Shown here piece by piece: positions 59,764-64,000 of a stretch of 64,000 nucleotides of DNA. Numbering within the stretch: position 1 is the first letter of the stretch; each line of letters begins with the position of its first letter. This DNA comes from an uncultured Thermococci archaeon. Lineage in GTDB: Archaea; CAYQAE01; CAYVLA01. Below the pieces are notes generated by a model, which made no database searches, was not told where the DNA came from, and saw only the letters and a list, made by a program, of their open reading frames with translations. Both the position numbers and the translations under genes were made by a program. The stretch is from the NCBI GenBank assembly GCA_964549615.1, contig CAZJVP010000072.1:1-64000 (forward strand), given 5' to 3'.

Positions 59764-60834
59764 ATGGGCAGGGCCAGGAACGAACCATTTGCACCTTCGG
59801 CCAGAAGAGAGGCGAAGCTCTACTCGCGCCTACGCGGAGGGAGGGTGAGGTGCGACCTCTGTTGCAGAAGGTGCGTCATTGCCGATGGCGAGAAGGGCTA
59901 CTGCAGGACGAGGCAGAACCTCGGAGGAACGCTCTACACGCTCGTCTACGGGGATCTGAGCGCCTTGGAAAGCCGGCCAATCGAGATCAAGCCCTTCTTC
60001 CACTACTGGCCGGGATCCACGGCCCTGACCTTCTCCACGTGGTCCTGCAACTTCGACTGTCCGTGGTGCCAGAACCATCACCTGTCCAGGACGCCTCCGG
60101 GCGAATCCGATCCTTCACGTAGCCCGCAGGAGATATTGGCCATCGCGGAACGCAACGGCGACCAAGGGCTGTGCGCTTCATTCCAAGAGCCTACCCTCGG
60201 GACCGAGTTCGCCCTCGACCTTTTCGCGCTGGCCCGCTGCAGGGGCCTGTATGCATGCTACGTCTCCAACGGTTACATGACCCAGCAGGCCTTGGCCCTC
60301 CTTGCGGAGTCAGGCCTTGACGGACTGAAGATCGACCTCAAGGGGCCGCCCGAGGTGTACAGGAAGTACTGCGGTGGCGTCGATGTCGACCACGTGCTGA
60401 GGAACGCCCGTGCCGCAAGAAGGCTCGGAATCCATGTTGAGATCGTGAATCTTGTGATCCCCGGGGTCAATGACGACCAGTCCTCCGTCGAATGGGTCGT
60501 GGACCAACATCTGCGATGCTTGGGCCAGGATGCGCCGCTCCACTTCACGAGATACTACCCGGCCCACCACTATTCAATGCCCCCTACCCCGGTTAGGCGG
60601 CTAGAGGATGCGGTCAGGACCGCAACGGAGAAGGGCGTCAAGTTTGCCTACGTGGGCAACGTCCCGGGGCACCGGTTCGAAAACACACACTGCCCCGAAT
60701 GTGGATCCCTCGCGATCGCAAGGCAGGGATACAGGGTCACCTCATTTCATCTGGATCCGGGTTTTCGCTGCCGAAAGTGCGGAACGGCCCTGCCAATCAA
60801 AGGTAGATACGTTGAGGGCCGATTTGCCCGCTAG
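59764..60834 (+). CDS. AmmeMemoRadiSam-type (PflA-like) radical SAM enzyme
   Basis: C.LC...C.I..G.C, PIEIKPFFH..PG, CNFDCPWCQN, LHFTRYYP, YVGNV.GH and T.CP.CG motifs. Confidence 0.9.
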   Translation: MGRARNEPFAPSARREAKLYSRLRGGRVRCDLCCRRCVIADGEKGYCRTRQNLGGTLYTLVYGDLSALESRPIEIKPFFHYWPGSTALTFSTWSCNFDCPWCQNHHLSRTPPGESDPSRSPQEILAIAERNGDQGLCASFQEPTLGTEFALDLFALARCRGLYACYVSNGYMTQQALALLAESGLDGLKIDLKGPPEVYRKYCGGVDVDHVLRNARAARRLGIHVEIVNLVIPGVNDDQSSVEWVVDQHLRCLGQDAPLHFTRYYPAHHYSMPPTPVRRLEDAVRTATEKGVKFAYVGNVPGHRFENTHCPECGSLAIARQGYRVTSFHLDPGFRCRKCGTALPIKGRYVEGRFAR

Positions 60835-60853
60835 GCCGTGCCCCAACGTTGGG

Positions 60854-63157
60854 CTAATGTCCCATCTCCCTTCTCGCTGCGGCGACCTGACCCAGGCTTA
60901 TGCAACCATCGCCGGGGGGCAGGAAAACGTGCCTGAGGAGCTTTCGGTCCAGGTTCTTCTCCATGACCGAGACGATATGCTCGTTGTACATGACGCCCCC
61001 CGAGCATGCCACGGCGTCCGGACCGAGGTCCTGGATGCAGAGGTTTGCCATCTCCGCGATGCCCCTCGCTATGGCGGCCTGGGACCCGGCCGCAATATCT
61101 TCCTTGGAGCGCCGTTTCTCCAAGGCCTCCACAACGCCCATCAAGAGCTTCGTTGTGTCCAGGATGTATCTACCCTCCTTCCTATAGACCTCGACCGGTA
61201 GATCCACAACATCTGGGTCGCCTCGGGAGGCGAAACCCTCCAGCCTCATCGCGCCCTCTCCCTCATACGTGCGTTCGTAGCTTATGCCAAGAAGGATCGA
61301 GATGGCGTCGAGCACCCTCCCCGTGCTCGTCGTCCAAGATACGTTGAAACCCGTATCAAGCTGGCGGATGATGAGGTCAAGCTCTTTTTCACCCTTCCTG
61401 AGGCCGTCGTAGCAGAACCTGCGCACGATCCTCCTGAGCCTTTCCTCCTCGTAAACGGGTGCAAGAATCCCTATCACCATGCGGACGGGGTAGATCGCCG
61501 CAAGGTCGCCGCCTATCAGGGGTTGCGGCTGGAGGGAACCCATTCGGACATTTCTCTCGCCAACGGCCAGGATCTCGCCGCCCCAGGCCTCCTTCTCGTT
61601 GCCGTACCCAACTCCGTCGCAGATGATGCCGATCACGGTTTGGCCTGGATCGATCCCGTTCTCGGCGATGACGCTGTGAAGATGTGCGTAGTGGTGTTGC
61701 ACCGCGAAGCTCGGACAGCCCCATTTCTCGGCAAGGGAATGTGCAAGCCTGGTTGAGAGGAACGACGGATGCAGATCATGCGCCACAGCGTCTAGGCTCA
61801 GCGTGTTGGTGTCCTTCATCAGGCACGCGATGGCTTCTTTCAGGTAATTGAATGTGTCGAAGTTAGAGGTGTTGCCGATATGCTGGGTCAGGAATGCCAA
61901 CCCGTCCTTTGCTATGCATGCGGTCGAGGAGAGCTCAGGCCCCACGCCCAGCACGGCCTCCTTGCCCTCCCATTCCAGCTTCAGAGGGTAGGGAGCATAC
62001 CCGCGGGACCGCCTGATCATGACCGGACGTTTCCCATGGAACCTGACCACGCTGTCGTCACACCTGTTGACTATCTCCCTGTCGTGCCAAAGGAGGTAGT
62101 CTATATGCTTGAGCCTCTCCTTCAGCTTCTCCGCCTCAAGCGCCATAGGCTCGTCGTGAACGTTGGCCGATGTCATCACCAGCGCCGGCTGCTCCGTCTC
62201 GCTCAACAGCAGGTGGTGCAAAGGACTGTAGGGCAGCATGACCCCGATGTTGCCTAGGTCGGGCGAGAGCAGATCGGAGAGAGGAAAGGGGTCCAACTTT
62301 TTCAGGACTACGATCGGCCGCTTCCAGTCCGTGAGCGCCTTCTCCTCCTCGGCCCCGACGCATGCAAATCGCCTGACCTGCTCGACGGATCTTGCCATCA
62401 GCGCGAAGGGTTGGTAGGGCCTCTTGAGGATCGCCCTCAGCCTTCGGATCGCCTTGTCGTCGGTCACGCTGCATGCGAGGTGGGTGCCCCCCACCCCCTT
62501 GACGGCAACCACCATGCCATCGTCCAACAGGTGCGCCGCCCTCGCTATCGGATCTTTGCACCTCACCTTCCTACCGTTGGAGTCGGCCAGCCAGACCTTG
62601 GGACCACAGATGGGACAGGCGATGGTCTGAGCATGGTATCTCCTGTCCCCGGGGTTGGTGTACTCGCTGCGACACTGGGGGCACATCTTGAAGGGTTTCA
62701 TCGAAGTGTTCTCCCTGTCAAAGGGGGGCCCCCGAGATATGGTGAACCTGGGTCCGCAGTCCGTGCAAGTTATGAACGGGTACCGATACCGCCTGTCCCT
62801 AGGATCCCACATCTCGGCCAGACACCCTTCGCACGTCGCCACGTCCTGGGGTATGAAGGAGTTGGACGATGGCTCGGCGTCGCTCACGCTCTCCTGTATC
62901 TTGAAGCCCTCTTGCGGGGGCAGGCTGACCTCCTCGGTACTCAGCGAGAGAATCTCGGCAAGGGGCGGAAGAGATCCGCGAAGATCGCTGAGGAAGCGCT
63001 CCACCGCGCCCTTGCCTCCGTCCAGGAGGATCTCGACGCTCCCGTTTCCCACATTTCGGACGTACCCGGAGAGCCCAAGCCGCTTTGCAAGGCGGTAGAC
63101 CGAGGGTCGGAAGCCCACCCCCTGGACCCTGCCCTGGACCAAGATCCTCAGCTGCAT
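60854..63157 (-). CDS. hypF: Hydrogenase maturation carbamoyltransferase HypF
   Basis: Acylphosphatase GRVQGVGFRP, two zinc fingers, KGVGGTHLAC, RRSRGYAP, QHHYAH and GDGCISLGQ. Confidence 0.97.
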   Translation of the reverse strand: MQLRILVQGRVQGVGFRPSVYRLAKRLGLSGYVRNVGNGSVEILLDGGKGAVERFLSDLRGSLPPLAEILSLSTEEVSLPPQEGFKIQESVSDAEPSSNSFIPQDVATCEGCLAEMWDPRDRRYRYPFITCTDCGPRFTISRGPPFDRENTSMKPFKMCPQCRSEYTNPGDRRYHAQTIACPICGPKVWLADSNGRKVRCKDPIARAAHLLDDGMVVAVKGVGGTHLACSVTDDKAIRRLRAILKRPYQPFALMARSVEQVRRFACVGAEEEKALTDWKRPIVVLKKLDPFPLSDLLSPDLGNIGVMLPYSPLHHLLLSETEQPALVMTSANVHDEPMALEAEKLKERLKHIDYLLWHDREIVNRCDDSVVRFHGKRPVMIRRSRGYAPYPLKLEWEGKEAVLGVGPELSSTACIAKDGLAFLTQHIGNTSNFDTFNYLKEAIACLMKDTNTLSLDAVAHDLHPSFLSTRLAHSLAEKWGCPSFAVQHHYAHLHSVIAENGIDPGQTVIGIICDGVGYGNEKEAWGGEILAVGERNVRMGSLQPQPLIGGDLAAIYPVRMVIGILAPVYEEERLRRIVRRFCYDGLRKGEKELDLIIRQLDTGFNVSWTTSTGRVLDAISILLGISYERTYEGEGAMRLEGFASRGDPDVVDLPVEVYRKEGRYILDTTKLLMGVVEALEKRRSKEDIAAGSQAAIARGIAEMANLCIQDLGPDAVACSGGVMYNEHIVSVMEKNLDRKLLRHVFLPPGDGCISLGQVAAARREMGH

Positions 63158-63294
63158 TCGCCGGGATGGGCGTCAGCAAGATCAAAAATCTATCTAGGAG
63201 CTATCCGACGCGACGCTTCCAGACCCTAGGAGAAGTCCGATGGCTAAACAAAGATTTAATTTGTGCGTCTCGGAGGAGGTCCAGGTCCTTGCAG

Positions 63295-63516
63295 TTGTGT
63301 CTGGCGATACCCGGGAGGCTGGAGGAGATTCGCGGCAAGAGCGGCATCGTTGACTTCGGGGGAGTCCGCCGCACGGTCGATCTCTCCCTCCTTGAGAAGT
63401 GCAAGGTCGGGGACTACGTCATCGTGCACGCCGGCTTTGCGATCCAGATCCTGAGCGAGGAGGAAGCCAAATCGACGCTGGACCTCTTGAGGCAGCTTGA
63501 GGCGGCTACGGACTGA
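63295..63516 (+). CDS. hypC: Hydrogenase maturation chaperone HypC
   Basis: TTG start giving MCLAIPG. Also VDFGG and VGDYVIVHAGFAI. Confidence 0.95.
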   Translation: MCLAIPGRLEEIRGKSGIVDFGGVRRTVDLSLLEKCKVGDYVIVHAGFAIQILSEEEAKSTLDLLRQLEAATD

Positions 63517-63529
63517 GGAGAGGATTTCC

Positions 63530-64000
63530 CTGGACCTGTCGCCTTTCCAGAGCAGAGAACTCGTTGAACGAGCAGCGGCGCTGCTGCGCAGGATCGCACC
63601 GAAAGAGGAACTGAGGTTCATGCACGTGTGCGGAACCCACGAAAACGTCGTGACCCGGTACGGCATCAGATCGCTCCTGCCCCCGCAGATCAGGGTCGTT
63701 GCCGGCCCAGGCTGTCCGGTGTGCGTCACTTGCCCCGCCGAGATCGACTCGGCAATCCAGATAGCCCGAAAGCACGCGACCCTATTCACCTACGGCGACA
63801 TGTTCGGCGTTCCCGGAAGCAGCATATCGCTGCGCGACGCGAGAGGGGAAGGGGCCAGGGTGAAGGTGGTCTACAGCATGGCCGACGCCATCGGCATGGC
63901 CAACCCGGTGGCCGGGCCCTCCGTATTCTTCTCCATAGGCTTTGAGACCACGGCCCCCATAACCGCCTCTGTGATACGCTCGGGGGTGCCCAAGGATTTC
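63530..64000 (+). CDS. hypD: Hydrogenase maturation protein HypD (runs off the window end)
   Basis: MHVCGTHE, GPGCPVCV, TYGDM..VPG, VVYS..DA and GFETTAP motifs. Probable CTG start. Confidence 0.94.
   Translation, partial: MDLSPFQSRELVERAAALLRRIAPKEELRFMHVCGTHENVVTRYGIRSLLPPQIRVVAGPGCPVCVTCPAEIDSAIQIARKHATLFTYGDMFGVPGSSISLRDARGEGARVKVVYSMADAIGMANPVAGPSVFFSIGFETTAPITASVIRSGVPKDF

Noticed and set aside
1-64000. IS elements, integrases, reverse transcriptase/DGR, rRNA, Sec/Pyl machinery
   Set aside because: No such motifs or long nucleotide repeats were recognised by eye. The three paralogs share protein-level motifs without obvious near-identical DNA.

Overview
A GC-rich, gene-dense archaeal chromosomal segment. 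Archaeal markers include TFB, archaeal-type TrpRS, ADP-dependent sugar kinase, an HPS-PHI fusion, an archaeal SRP RNA with an Alu domain, and TATA-type promoters. The lineage cannot be fixed from this window. Housekeeping and metabolic genes include trpS, tRNA-Cys, grpE-dnaK-dnaJ, tmk, ilvD, leuA/cimA-ilvB-ilvH, ilvC, hypF, hypC-hypD and a peroxiredoxin. These are interspersed with bacterial-looking glycan-processing enzymes, a corrinoid protein, two UroD/MtaA-family proteins, several small Cys-rich proteins, and three dispersed paralogs of an uncharacterised surface-anchored protein. The strongest signal is at 40.9-41.3 kb, where the SRP RNA is enclosed by a canonical bulge-helix-bulge (BHB) splicing motif directly ahead of leuA/cimA. 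That gene has no usable in-frame ATG/GTG/TTG outside the SRP RNA. Canonical excision of the 320-nt SRP RNA joins upstream GTG/TTG codons in frame to leuA/cimA, so the SRP RNA may be an intron of a protein-coding mRNA. A one-base indel is the competing explanation. Immediately upstream lies an operon encoding an alpha-SNAP-like TPR protein and a SpoIIM-like membrane protein. No CRISPR array, rRNA or intact mobile element was seen. All family calls are from motif recognition by eye, not database searches.
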